From positions 4,720-52,691 of the forward strand of contig PBNH01000010.1 of assembly GCA_002723035.1 (NCBI GenBank): a stretch of 47,972 nucleotides of DNA. The letters run 5' to 3'. The stretch comes from Rhodobiaceae bacterium (GTDB lineage Bacteria > Pseudomonadota > Alphaproteobacteria > MED-G09). A program made the position numbers and the translations under genes. Below the pieces are notes generated by a model, which saw only the letters and a program-made list of their open reading frames with translations, had not been told where the DNA came from and did no database searches. Shown in pieces: positions 19,873 to 30,171 of this stretch (positions are counted from its first letter, which is position 1; each line of letters begins with the position of its first letter).

Positions 19873-20444
19873 GCCTCTAGTTCTGAGTCCCAATATAAAT
19901 AATCCATCCAACTCTCGTGAAGATAATTGGGGGGAAATAATTTACCATTCTTATGAAGCTCATGAACATTTGGTTTATATGGCCATTGAATAGGCTTCAT
20001 ATTTGCTACATGATATAGATGATTTGCTTTCTTTATATTACACTTTGAGCAAGCAGTGACAACATTCTCCCAGGTAGTTTCTCCTCCCTTTGAGCGCGGT
20101 AGTAAATGATCAAAAGTAAGATCTGACATTTCACCGCAATATTGACAACTAAACTTATCTCTTAGAAATAAATTAAATCTAGTAAAAGCAGGCCATTGCG
20201 GAGGCTTAACATAATTTTTTAGAGATACAACTGAAGGAAGTTTAATTTCATAACTTGGAGAATGTACTGCTCTATCATAGCTTGATACAATATTTACTCG
20301 ATCCAAAAAAACAGCTTTTATAGCATCCTGCCAAGACCAAAGTGACAATGGATAATATGATAGAGGCCTAAAATCAGCATTGAGAACTAATGCTGGACAA
20401 GAATCTGGATGTTTATTTGAAATTAAATTTATTGCATTACTCAT
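19869..20444 (-). CDS. HNH endonuclease family protein
   Basis: RDKFSCQYCG, TFDHLLPRSKGG, WENVVTACSKCN. Confidence 0.92.
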   Translation of the reverse strand: MSNAINLISNKHPDSCPALVLNADFRPLSYYPLSLWSWQDAIKAVFLDRVNIVSSYDRAVHSPSYEIKLPSVVSLKNYVKPPQWPAFTRFNLFLRDKFSCQYCGEMSDLTFDHLLPRSKGGETTWENVVTACSKCNIKKANHLYHVANMKPIQWPYKPNVHELHKNGKLFPPNYLHESWMDYLYWDSELEA

Positions 20445-20497
20445 ACTATTATTTAATTATAAATCGACACAAAACACAAATTTTTTTATGAAAAATA

Positions 20498-21418
20498 ATG
20501 ATTAAATATAATACCAGATTTGCTCCAAGTCCAAATGGATATTTACATTTAGGACATGCCTACTCTGCAATGATATCAAGTGCTTTAGCCAGAAAAAGTA
20601 ATGGAAAATTTTTCATTAGAATTGAGGATATTGACTTAGGTAGATGTAAAAAAGAATTTGAAGAGAATATCTATAAAGATTTAGATTGGTTAGAAATAAA
20701 ATATGAAAAAAATATAATTAGACAATCAGAATGTTTTGGAAAGTATGAAAGATATATTAAGAAGTTAAGAGATCTAAATCTAATTTATCCCTGCTGGGCT
20801 TCAAGATCAGAGATTAAAAAATTCATCTTAAAAAAATCAAAAAGAAAATCTTCATGGCCAATTGACCCTGACGGTCAATATATATATCCTCAAATTTACA
20901 AAAATATATCAAAAGCAGAAAAATCTAATTTAATGCTTAGTGGTTCAAACTTTTGTTGGAGATTAAATATTGAAAAAGCAATGAACTTTGCTCAAGAAAA
21001 ATTTGGAAATAAAATATTTTTTAATGAGCTCGGCTTAGAGCCAAAAGGAAATAGAGTTTTAGAGCCAAATTTATATGGAGATTTTATAATTGCTAGGAAA
21101 GAAATACCAACTTCATATCACTTATCAGTTGCTGTAGATGATGCTGAACAAGGTATTAATTTAGTAACCAGAGGACTTGATATTTATCCAGCAACATCGA
21201 TACATAAGTTATTACAAATTATTCTTAATCTTCCAGAAACTCAATGGTATCACCACAATCTTTTAAGAGAAAGCAATGGAGATAAGTTATCAAAAACTAA
21301 TCAATCAACTTCGATTAAATCTCTTAGAGAGAGAAAAATAAAAAAAGATGAAATTTTTTCTATAATTAAATCAATTGAAGCATTTCCTGATGAATTAAAG
21401 TGTGACAAAATGATCTAG
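20498..21418 (+). CDS. gluQ: Glutamyl-Q tRNA(Asp) synthetase
   Basis: RFAPSPNGYLHLGH, RIEDID, VDDAEQG, KLSK; no anticodon-binding domain. Confidence 0.88.
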   Translation: MIKYNTRFAPSPNGYLHLGHAYSAMISSALARKSNGKFFIRIEDIDLGRCKKEFEENIYKDLDWLEIKYEKNIIRQSECFGKYERYIKKLRDLNLIYPCWASRSEIKKFILKKSKRKSSWPIDPDGQYIYPQIYKNISKAEKSNLMLSGSNFCWRLNIEKAMNFAQEKFGNKIFFNELGLEPKGNRVLEPNLYGDFIIARKEIPTSYHLSVAVDDAEQGINLVTRGLDIYPATSIHKLLQIILNLPETQWYHHNLLRESNGDKLSKTNQSTSIKSLRERKIKKDEIFSIIKSIEAFPDELKCDKMI

Positions 21419-21458
21419 CCATAATTTATAAAAATGTGATAACAACATTCTAATAATC

Positions 21459-23105
21459 TTGGAGTTAAATATGATTAAAAATTCTTTAGTTACTGAACTT
21501 AAAGATGCATATAGTAAATCAAGAGAAATTTTTACACATGCTAGAAATAATAATAATAATTTAAGCGATATTAATTCTCTTAACCAAAATCAACATATCG
21601 CCCATGGTCTTGCATGGTATGCAACCTATGTTGAGTCTTTATTGCAATTATCTAAGTGGATAGAATATTTGGAAGCACACAACCGCTTGACAGATTTAGA
21701 AGAGGGTATTGCTGGTGTTGGCGCTGGTGAATACTGTCTTCAAATTATGCATGGAATACCTATGAGTCAGAATGAAACTATAAGACCTGAAGAGTTGGGA
21801 ATTCCAAGTGAAATAATAGAAGATTTTAAAAAAGTAACAGTATCACTTACCCAAAGATCAACAAGTTTTGAGAAAAATAGAGTTATGACTATTCTTCAAC
21901 AAAGTATTGAGTCAGGAATTCAACCTGATGATGGTTTAGACGAAACATATCAAGAAATTAAAAATCAATTTAAACGTTTTGTCGATGATGAAATTACCCC
22001 TCACGCTCATGAATGGCACATGAATGATGATTATATACCTCTTGAAATAATTAAGAAAATGTCAGAGCTGGGTGTTTTTGGTCTAACTATTCCTGAAGAA
22101 TATGGTGGTCTGGGTTTAGAAAAAAAAGCAATGTGTATCGTTTCAGAGGAACTATCTAGAGGTTGGGTTGGAGTTGGCTCGCTGGGTACAAGATCAGAGA
22201 TAGCCGCAGAACTTATTTTAATAGGTGGAACTGAAGAACAAAAACAAAAATACTTATCAAAAATTTCAAGTGGTGAAATTTTCCCAACTGCTGTTTTTTC
22301 AGAGCCTGACATAGGATCAGATTTAGCTCATTTAAAAACCAGAGGAAATGCAAAAGGAGATAAATATTTAATAAATGGAAATAAAACTTGGATAACACAT
22401 GGCGCTAGAGCTGATCTGATGACACTACTTGTTAGAACAAATTCTGAAAAATCTGATCATAGAGGCCTGTCAATGTTTTTAGCTGAAAAACCAAGAGAAA
22501 CAGAAGATGATTTCTTTCCAGCCGACGGAATGAGTGGAGGTGAAATAAATGTAATTGGTTATCGAGGAATGAAAGAATTTGATATAGCATTTGATAATTT
22601 TGAAGTTCCTAAAGAAAATCTTCTCGGTAATGAAGAAGGAAAAGGTTTTGTTCATTTAATGTCTACTTTTGAGTCTGCTAGAATTCAAACAGCAGCTAGG
22701 GCCATTGGAGTTTCTCAAAATGCTTGTGATTTAGCACTGCAATATGCAAACGATAGAGAACAATTCGGTCAAAAATTAATAAATTTTCCTAGAATTAGTG
22801 AAAAATTGATAATGATGTTTGCTGAAACAATGATTGTCAGACAATTAACATTCCACGCAGCAAATATAAAAGATTTAAAACAAAGATGCGATATGGAAGC
22901 AGGTATGGCTAAGCTCTTAGGAGCAAGAGTTGCTTGGTCGTCTGCAGATAATGCTTTACAAATTCATGGTGGAATTGGATTCGCAACTGAAACTCCAATA
23001 AGTAGAGTTTTGGCTGATGCTAGAATATTAAGTATTTTTGAGGGAACCGCTGAAATTCAAGCACAAGTAATAGCAAGAAGACTTATGGAAAGTGCTAACA
23101 GATAA
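21459..23105 (+). CDS. mcd: Acyl-CoA dehydrogenase, probably (2S)-methylsuccinyl-CoA dehydrogenase
   Basis: About 550 aa with an N-terminal extension (QHIAHGLAWYATYVESL, GIPMSQNE), VGSLGTRSEIAAELI, IGYRGMKE, FESARIQTAARA. Confidence 0.8.
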   Translation: MELNMIKNSLVTELKDAYSKSREIFTHARNNNNNLSDINSLNQNQHIAHGLAWYATYVESLLQLSKWIEYLEAHNRLTDLEEGIAGVGAGEYCLQIMHGIPMSQNETIRPEELGIPSEIIEDFKKVTVSLTQRSTSFEKNRVMTILQQSIESGIQPDDGLDETYQEIKNQFKRFVDDEITPHAHEWHMNDDYIPLEIIKKMSELGVFGLTIPEEYGGLGLEKKAMCIVSEELSRGWVGVGSLGTRSEIAAELILIGGTEEQKQKYLSKISSGEIFPTAVFSEPDIGSDLAHLKTRGNAKGDKYLINGNKTWITHGARADLMTLLVRTNSEKSDHRGLSMFLAEKPRETEDDFFPADGMSGGEINVIGYRGMKEFDIAFDNFEVPKENLLGNEEGKGFVHLMSTFESARIQTAARAIGVSQNACDLALQYANDREQFGQKLINFPRISEKLIMMFAETMIVRQLTFHAANIKDLKQRCDMEAGMAKLLGARVAWSSADNALQIHGGIGFATETPISRVLADARILSIFEGTAEIQAQVIARRLMESANR

Positions 23106-23185
23106 TTAAATTAATTTTTATATTTAATTAGATTGAATCCTATAAATAACTATAATTAAACTGTTTAACTTTATGGAGTTTCAAA

Positions 23186-23695
23186 TTGGTTAAAAGTAAA
23201 TTAATCTTAGTATTTATCTTTTGTATGGTCCCTGTATTAAGCATTAATGCGGCTGAATATAGATTGGGCCTTTTAATGCATGACGTAGAAAGAAGAATAG
23301 AGGGTGGAGCAGCTCTATCATTCGAAAAAATTTTTGAACGTCCAGAGTGGTGGCATTCTTATGCAGGAAGACCTCATCTAGGTACTCATATAAGTTTAGC
23401 TAATAATACCCACTTATTATACGCTGGCTCAACATGGAATCTATTCCAAAAAGGAAAATTTTCGGGTGAATTAGCTTTTGGTGCCGCACTTCATTCTGGT
23501 AAAAATGAAATAAAAAAAGATGAATTAGGTTTTGGTTGTAGCGTTAACTTTAGAGAAATGATTGCCTTTGGTTATCAAATCGCTGAAAATAGAGTTTTAC
23601 AAATTTCAGCGCAACATATGTCAAATGGAAGTCTTTGTGACCCTAATCAAGGTCTAACTAGTGTTGGATTAAGATTAGCTTGGAAAATAAACTAA
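23186..23695 (+). CDS. PagL-like lipid A 3-O-deacylase (acyloxyacyl hydrolase)
   Basis: Signal peptide, RPHLG, FGCSVNFRE, catalytic HMSNG, PNQGL. Confidence 0.78.
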   Translation: MVKSKLILVFIFCMVPVLSINAAEYRLGLLMHDVERRIEGGAALSFEKIFERPEWWHSYAGRPHLGTHISLANNTHLLYAGSTWNLFQKGKFSGELAFGAALHSGKNEIKKDELGFGCSVNFREMIAFGYQIAENRVLQISAQHMSNGSLCDPNQGLTSVGLRLAWKIN

Positions 23696-24285
23696 TGGTC
23701 ATATTAAATAAAATTTATACAAAAACTGGAGATGAGGGCTTAACAAGTCTTGGTGATGGATCAAGAATATCTAAAAATGATATTAGAGTTGAGGCATATG
23801 GAACCATAGATGAAGCAAATTCTATTATTGGAATAGTTAGATCATACACAAAAACGTCAGAATTAATTATATTGGATAATTTCTTAAGCTCTATTCAAAA
23901 TGAATTATTTGATTTAGGAGCTGAATTATCAACCCCAAGTCAAGATGAAAATAGAAAGTTATCAATTTCCAAATCACAAATTAATAGGCTAGAACAAGAG
24001 ATTGATCAACTAAATATAAATTTAAATCCTTTAAAATCATTTGTTTTGCCTGGTGGATCTGCAGCTTCCTCATTTCTTCACTTAGCAAGAACAACAATAA
24101 GAAGAGCAGAAAGATTAATGGTTCAGCTTTCAGTAAAAGAAAAAAATTCTGTTTCAAAAGAGTCACTTGCTTATGTAAATAGATTATCAGATTTATGCTT
24201 TGTTGCTGCACGATATGCAAACCAAACTGAGCGTGGAGGTCAAGGTGATGTATTATGGAGACCAGGAAAAACAAAGAAAGAGTAA
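23695..24285 (+). CDS. PduO-type cob(I)alamin adenosyltransferase
   Basis: KIYTKTGDEG, YGTIDEAN, QNELFDLGA, RRAER, NRLSD; ATG overlaps the upstream TAA (TAATG). Confidence 0.92.
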   Translation: MVILNKIYTKTGDEGLTSLGDGSRISKNDIRVEAYGTIDEANSIIGIVRSYTKTSELIILDNFLSSIQNELFDLGAELSTPSQDENRKLSISKSQINRLEQEIDQLNINLNPLKSFVLPGGSAASSFLHLARTTIRRAERLMVQLSVKEKNSVSKESLAYVNRLSDLCFVAARYANQTERGGQGDVLWRPGKTKKE

Positions 24286-24336
24286 TAGAAGATAAACTAA
24301 TTCATGAAATTAATATTATCTATTTAAATTGTAATA

Positions 24337-24365
24337 TTGACACAAATAATTAGTGGTTTTAATTT
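24337..24365 (+). promoter_or_regulatory. sigma70 promoter of etfBA
   Basis: TTGACA, 17 nt spacer, TAATTT; GGAG RBS downstream. Confidence 0.65.
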
Positions 24366-24402
24366 CTTCAACCTGATACATTGAATTTATTGGAGATTAA
24401 AA

Positions 24403-25152
24403 ATGAAGGTTTTAGTACCTATAAAAAGAGTAGTTGACTATAATGTAAAAATTCGTGTCAAATCTGACAATTCGGGTGTTGAATTATCTAATGTTAAAAT
24501 GTCAATGAATCCATTTGATGAGATAGCTGTTGAAGAAGCAATAAAGCTTAAAGAGGCAGGTACTGTCTCTGAAATTGTTGTTTTATCAATAGGCCCTCAA
24601 CAATCACAAGAAACAATAAGAACAGCTTTAGCTATGGGTGCTGATCGAGGTATATTAGTAAAAACTGATGAATTAGTTGAACCACTAAATGTTGCAAAAA
24701 TAATAAAAGCAGTTAGTGAGGAGGAAAACCCTGACTTAATAATTTTAGGTAAACAAGCTATTGACGACGATAGCAATCAAACTGGTCAAATGCTTGCAGC
24801 ATTATTAGGCTGGTCGCAAGGTACATTTGCATCTGAATTAAAAATTAATGATGGTAAAGCAAATGTTGTGAGAGAAATTGATGGAGGACTTCAAACTTTA
24901 GAAATTAAATTACCATCGATTATTACTACAGATCTGAGATTAAATGAACCTAGATATGCTTCATTACCGAATATTATGAAAGCAAAGAAAAAACCAATAG
25001 ATGAAAAACTTCCAGAAGATTATAATATAGAAATCTCACCTATGCTTGAGATCGTCAAAGTTTCTGAACCAGCACAAAGAGAAGCTGGTATTAAAGTAGA
25101 AACAGTTGAAGAACTAGTTGATAAATTAAAAAATGAAGCAGGAGTTATATAA
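24403..25152 (+). CDS. etfB: Electron transfer flavoprotein beta subunit
   Basis: [29 protein letters not shown]. Confidence 0.96.
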   Translation: MKVLVPIKRVVDYNVKIRVKSDNSGVELSNVKMSMNPFDEIAVEEAIKLKEAGTVSEIVVLSIGPQQSQETIRTALAMGADRGILVKTDELVEPLNVAKIIKAVSEEENPDLIILGKQAIDDDSNQTGQMLAALLGWSQGTFASELKINDGKANVVREIDGGLQTLEIKLPSIITTDLRLNEPRYASLPNIMKAKKKPIDEKLPEDYNIEISPMLEIVKVSEPAQREAGIKVETVEELVDKLKNEAGVI

Positions 25153-26082
25153 ATGACAACACTTTTAATCGCAGAACATAATAATAATACACTTGCTGAT
25201 GCAAATAAAAAAGCCATGGATGCTGCAACAAAAATTGGTGAGGATATTCATATACTAGTTGCCGGAAAAGATTGCAAAGATATTGCTGATGATGCGTCTA
25301 AAATTGAAGGTGTATCAAAAGTTCTGTTATGTGATGATGAATTGTATCAGAATCATTTAGCTGAAACATATGCTGATTTAATTGTTTCAATGGCTGCTGA
25401 TTATAATACTATCATGGCAATTGCCTCAACAACTGGAAAAAACTTTATGCCAAGAGTTGCTGCATTATTAGATGTTCCGCAAATTTCAGAAATTATTAAT
25501 GTTATTGACTCAGTGACTTTTGAACGCCCTATTTATGCCGGTAATGCAATTCAAACAGTAAAGTCCAAGAATAATAAAAAAATTATTACGGTTAGAGCTC
25601 CATCTTTCCAGGCAGTAGGAGATCAAGATCCATCCAATATTGAAAATATTAACAGTGGCGAAAATAAAAGTTTATCCGAACACGTAATGGATGAACTTAC
25701 TAAATCAGATAGACCTGAACTTACCTCAGCTAAGGTAATAGTTTCTGGTGGTAGAGGTATGCAATCAGGAGATAATTTTGTAATTCTTGAGGGAGTTGCT
25801 GACAAACTTGGAGCCGCACTAGGCGCTTCAAGAGCTGCTGTGGATGCAGGTTTTGTTCCTAATGATTATCAAGTTGGGCAAACGGGGAAAGTTGTTGCAC
25901 CAGAACTTTATATTGCTGTAGGAATTTCGGGAGCAATTCAACATCTGGCAGGAATGAAAGACTCAAAAATTATTGTTGCAATTAATAAAGATGAAGAAGC
26001 GCCTATTTTCCAAGTAGCAGATTATGGATTAGTAGCAGACTTATTTACTGCTATACCTGATTTAAATGCAGCTTTAGATTAA
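25153..26082 (+). CDS. etfA: Electron transfer flavoprotein alpha subunit
   Basis: RPIYAGN, GASRAAVD, QVGQTGK, GISGAIQH. Confidence 0.96.
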   Translation: MTTLLIAEHNNNTLADANKKAMDAATKIGEDIHILVAGKDCKDIADDASKIEGVSKVLLCDDELYQNHLAETYADLIVSMAADYNTIMAIASTTGKNFMPRVAALLDVPQISEIINVIDSVTFERPIYAGNAIQTVKSKNNKKIITVRAPSFQAVGDQDPSNIENINSGENKSLSEHVMDELTKSDRPELTSAKVIVSGGRGMQSGDNFVILEGVADKLGAALGASRAAVDAGFVPNDYQVGQTGKVVAPELYIAVGISGAIQHLAGMKDSKIIVAINKDEEAPIFQVADYGLVADLFTAIPDLNAALD

Positions 26083-26645
26083 TTAATTAATAGTTTTTTG
26101 TAACTTTTAATTATTTCTATTACTTCATCATCATCCCACTCCCAAGGTCCATCTCTTCTACCTACCTCATTACCTTTATGATCAACTAAAAATGTTAATG
26201 GAAGACCTTTTGCTTTTGAAAAAAGTCCTGATTTAGTAGAGTTATCATGGTATATTTTTAAATTATTTAGTCCTATCTCTTGATAAAATTCTTGAATTTT
26301 AAGGATATTAGTTTTCTCAACCGCAATTGCTATAACCTCAAAATTATCATCTCCAATAGACGCTTGTAAACGATCCAGAGCTGGCATTTCAATTTTGCAA
26401 GGCAAACACCATGTTGCCCATAAATTAATCAATAAAACTTTTCCCTTAAAGTCTTTTAGAAAAAACTGATTATTTTCTATATTATAAAAATTAATTTCAT
26501 TCAGACTTGCTTCTTTATTAGGCTCAAGAAATACTTTATCATAATCAGTATTATTTTTTTTGATGCCAAAAGGAATAAAAAATAAGAAAACAAAAGAAGA
26601 TATAAAGATTAGACCTATTAAGAGTGATTTTTTTGATATATTCAT
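26079..26645 (-). CDS. tlpA: TlpA-family thiol:disulfide oxidoreductase
   Basis: N-terminal TM anchor, NLWATWCLPC..EMP; divergent from argH. Confidence 0.88.
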   Translation of the reverse strand: MNISKKSLLIGLIFISSFVFLFFIPFGIKKNNTDYDKVFLEPNKEASLNEINFYNIENNQFFLKDFKGKVLLINLWATWCLPCKIEMPALDRLQASIGDDNFEVIAIAVEKTNILKIQEFYQEIGLNNLKIYHDNSTKSGLFSKAKGLPLTFLVDHKGNEVGRRDGPWEWDDDEVIEIIKSYKKLLIN

Positions 26646-26681
26646 ATGGTATTACCTTAGATTGTTAACAGGTTCGGAAAA

Positions 26682-28085
26682 ATGAAAAAAAAACCGTCAA
26701 AGAATAAGATGTGGGGAGGAAGATTTACCTCAAAGCCATCAAATCTTTTACAAAAAGTTAATTCATCAATTCATTTTGATTATAAACTATTTGAAGAAGA
26801 TATTGAAGGATCAATTGCACATGCTATAATGCTTGCAGAGTGTAAAATAATTTCTAAAAAAGACTCTTCATCAATCATTACAGGTCTAAAAAAAATAAAT
26901 AATAAATTTAAAAAAGGAAATTTTAAATTAAATCCAGAGTTGGAAGATATTCATATGAATATTGAGGCTCAATTGCAAAAGGAAATAGGAGATCCTGCAA
27001 AAAGGTTACATACTGCCAGATCCAGAAATGATCAAGTTGCTACTGATTTAAAACTTTATGTAAGAAAAAAAAATGACAAATTAATAAAAGAAATATCAAA
27101 CTTACAATACGCATTATCAAAAAAAGCCAAATCTGGATATAATATTTTAATACCCGGATTTACACATATGCAAACCGCCCAGCCAATTACTTTTGGTCAT
27201 CATCTTCTTGCATATGTCGAGATGTTATCAAGGGATAAAAGTAGACTTATTGATTGCAATAAAAGATTAAATGAAAATCCTCTCGGATCAGGAGCATTAT
27301 CTGGTACTTCTTTTCCAATAAATAGAAAAATCACTACAAAATCACTTGGATTTATCAAACCGATGCAAAACTCACTAGATGCAGTTTCATCAAGAGATTT
27401 TGTTTTAGAAACGATCTCATCAATAACTATTTGTTCAATAAACCTTTCAAGGTTGGCTGAAGAAATAGTGATGTGGATGTCTAGTGGTTTTAATTTTATC
27501 GATCTACCCGATAATTTAACCACGGGGTCATCAATAATGCCTCAAAAAAAGAATCCTGATCTTGCTGAACTTATAAGAGGTAAAACTGGAAGACTAATTA
27601 GTTCGTTTATTAATATGTCTATTGTAATGAAAGGATTACCTCTCGCTTACTCAAAAGATCTTCAGGAGGATAAAGAGCCAACTTTCGATGCCATAGAAAA
27701 TATTGAGTTATGTCTTCAATCAATGACGGCAATGATTACCTCCCTCAAGGCTAATAAAGAAAATATGGAATTGGCTGCAGCCTCTCAATTTTCAACTGCT
27801 ACTGATTTAGCAGATTGGCTTGTCCAAAATTTAAATATTCCGTTTAGAACTGCCCATGAAATAGTGGGTAAAATCATAAAAATATGTGTTGATGAAAACA
27901 TTACTTTAGAGCAAATAGATTTAGAAAAACTGAGAAAAATAGACAAAAGAATCGATAAAAAAATATACAAAGCCTTAAATGTGAGAGACTCTGTTGAAAG
28001 AAAAATTTCTGAAGGTGGCACATCACCAAAAAACGTTTTAAAACAGGCTAATCAGTGGATTAAGAGGCTTGAAAATGATAAATAA
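26682..28085 (+). CDS. argH: Argininosuccinate lyase
   Basis: MWGGRF, HTARSRNDQVATD, GSSIMPQKKNPD. Confidence 0.97.
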   Translation: MKKKPSKNKMWGGRFTSKPSNLLQKVNSSIHFDYKLFEEDIEGSIAHAIMLAECKIISKKDSSSIITGLKKINNKFKKGNFKLNPELEDIHMNIEAQLQKEIGDPAKRLHTARSRNDQVATDLKLYVRKKNDKLIKEISNLQYALSKKAKSGYNILIPGFTHMQTAQPITFGHHLLAYVEMLSRDKSRLIDCNKRLNENPLGSGALSGTSFPINRKITTKSLGFIKPMQNSLDAVSSRDFVLETISSITICSINLSRLAEEIVMWMSSGFNFIDLPDNLTTGSSIMPQKKNPDLAELIRGKTGRLISSFINMSIVMKGLPLAYSKDLQEDKEPTFDAIENIELCLQSMTAMITSLKANKENMELAAASQFSTATDLADWLVQNLNIPFRTAHEIVGKIIKICVDENITLEQIDLEKLRKIDKRIDKKIYKALNVRDSVERKISEGGTSPKNVLKQANQWIKRLENDK

Positions 28086-28212
28086 AGAAAAACTTTTTAT
28101 TATTTTTATCATTATAATAACTTTAGGAGGTTGCGGAAGAAAAGGGGATTTATTACCACCCCCAAATCTTACTTCAATGTTATCTTTTAATTCTGTCACG
28201 GACAGTAAATAA
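28075..28212 (+). CDS. Small lipoprotein, LptM/YifL/LppL-like (45 aa, not in ORF track)
   Basis: MINKEKLFIIFIIIITLGG-CGRKGDLLPPP...: lipobox LGGC plus CGxKGxL motif, overlapping the argH stop and the lysA start. Confidence 0.85.
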   Translation: MINKEKLFIIFIIIITLGGCGRKGDLLPPPNLTSMLSFNSVTDSK

Positions 28213-29471
28213 TGATTGATTATAATTATATAGAAGGTAATCTTTTTTTTGATGATCTAAACATTAAAAATATTGCAAAAGAAATTGAGACCCCTTTTTA
28301 TTGTTACTCTTTGAGTTATTTAAAAAATCAATATTCATCATTAGATAACTCTATTAATCTTAGAGATTATGAAATTTGTTACGCTATAAAATCAAATTCA
28401 AATCAGTCAATAATAAAAAATTTTGCAAATATGGGTGCAGGGGCGGATGTTGTATCAATTGGTGAAATGAAACGTGCTCTTAAAGCCAATATACCACCAA
28501 ATAAAATTGTTTTTTCGGGAGTTGGTAAAAATCCCAACGAAATTAAATTTGCGTTAAATAATGATATTTTAATGTTTAATGTAGAGTCAGCAAGTGAATT
28601 AAAAAAAATTTCAGATGAGGCTTTAATCCAATCAAAGAGAGCTCCGATTGCAATTAGAATAAATCCAGATATTACTGCAGGTGGAAATGAAAAAATATCA
28701 ACTGGTAAAGCTCAAGACAAATTTGGAATAAGCTGGAAAGATGCTTATGAAATTTACGAATATGCATCTAATCTTCCTGGAATAGAAATTAAAGGAGTTG
28801 ATGCTCATATTGGCAGTCAAATAAATCGACTCGAACCTTTTAGTCATTCATTTGATAAATTAAAAGAGATTACATCTATGTTAAAAGATAAAGGTCATAA
28901 AATAGATATTATAGATGTTGGTGGTGGTCTAGGAGTAAAATACAAAGAAAATGAAGAACCAATTGATGTAAAAAAATATGGAAAATTATTATCAGAAAAA
29001 TTTGAGGATTTAGATTGTAAAGTAATTATTGAGCCAGGAAGATTTTTAACTGCTAATGCAGGAATATTAGTGACAAAGATTCTTCATATAAAAAAATCTG
29101 ATATTAAAAATTTTGTTATTGTTGATGCGGGGATGAATGATTTTATTAGACCAACCTTATATAACGCACATCACAATATAATACCCCTGAAAGAGCCAAA
29201 AAAATTAGAAAATCTAAAATGTGATATTGTTGGACCAGTATGCGAAACTGGTGACTTTTTCGCTAAAGATATGTACCTAAAAGATATAAATGAAGATGAT
29301 TTTCTTGCAATATGCTCTACGGGGGCATACGGATCAGTTCAATCCTCAAATTATAATACAAGGCCGACTATAGGTGAGTTATTGATAAATAAGGGTGAAT
29401 ATGAAATTATTAGAAAAAGAATAAATGAAGATATTATTATTGATAAAGATATAATTTCAAAATGGGTATAA
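28212..29471 (+). CDS. lysA: Diaminopimelate decarboxylase
   Basis: YAIKSN, HIGSQ, EPGR, GPVCETGD, SNYN. Confidence 0.96.
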   Translation: MIDYNYIEGNLFFDDLNIKNIAKEIETPFYCYSLSYLKNQYSSLDNSINLRDYEICYAIKSNSNQSIIKNFANMGAGADVVSIGEMKRALKANIPPNKIVFSGVGKNPNEIKFALNNDILMFNVESASELKKISDEALIQSKRAPIAIRINPDITAGGNEKISTGKAQDKFGISWKDAYEIYEYASNLPGIEIKGVDAHIGSQINRLEPFSHSFDKLKEITSMLKDKGHKIDIIDVGGGLGVKYKENEEPIDVKKYGKLLSEKFEDLDCKVIIEPGRFLTANAGILVTKILHIKKSDIKNFVIVDAGMNDFIRPTLYNAHHNIIPLKEPKKLENLKCDIVGPVCETGDFFAKDMYLKDINEDDFLAICSTGAYGSVQSSNYNTRPTIGELLINKGEYEIIRKRINEDIIIDKDIISKWV

Positions 29472-30155
29472 TTACTCAATAATTTCAACAAAAATATTAG
29501 TAGCGTCTTCTGGAAAATTATTAAATTTAACTTCAAAATCTTTAATTTCTAGGTAATCAAAAAATTCATTATTAAATTTTATAGTTTCTTTCATTAAAAC
29601 TGTTCTATCAATGCTTTCTATAATGATCATTATAGATGGCACTTTTCTTATATAATTTTCTTGATTTATAAGAGAGCCAGAAACAATTAACGGAGAGCCA
29701 TTCTCATTAGAGGATATTCTGCTAGATAGATTATTAATTTCTATTCCTCTAAACTTTATTGATGAGTCAAAAATTTCTATTACGGGTGATAAGCTTGGGA
29801 ATTTATTTACAATTATAACCCTCTTATTCCAACCAATAATCAAAGAGGTAAAAAGTAAAAGTAAAAAAATCCAAAAAATAAAATCTAATTTTTTTGTCTG
29901 TGGTTTATTAAATACAACTGGTAACGGATGATCAGGTTTCTTATTTTTATCAACTTTTTCTTGATTTTTTTCATTTGTCGCTAAGCCTTGTGTAGAAGAT
30001 GGTTCAAATAATTTAGGAACATCAATTGGCTCTCCTTTTGAAGACGAGGTCCAAATTAGTGAACATCTTGAGCATTTTAATTTTTTTGGTAGGCCATTGA
30101 ATTTTTTTTCATCTAAGAAAAAATTTGTTCTACAAGAAGGACATTGAATGATCAT
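29472..30155 (-). CDS. Zinc-ribbon (MJ0042-type) / DUF3426 bitopic membrane protein, ZitP-like
   Basis: CPSC...CSRC...W at the N-terminus, single TM segment, periplasmic beta-rich domain. Confidence 0.8.
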   Translation of the reverse strand: MIIQCPSCRTNFFLDEKKFNGLPKKLKCSRCSLIWTSSSKGEPIDVPKLFEPSSTQGLATNEKNQEKVDKNKKPDHPLPVVFNKPQTKKLDFIFWIFLLLLFTSLIIGWNKRVIIVNKFPSLSPVIEIFDSSIKFRGIEINNLSSRISSNENGSPLIVSGSLINQENYIRKVPSIMIIIESIDRTVLMKETIKFNNEFFDYLEIKDFEVKFNNFPEDATNIFVEIIE

Positions 30156-30171
30156 TAGTTGCTTTTGCTAC

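Noticed and set aside
19869-20444. HNH nuclease as a mobile or defence element
   Set aside because: It resembles the conserved stand-alone alphaproteobacterial HNH protein found next to gluQ; no methylase, intron or repeats nearby.
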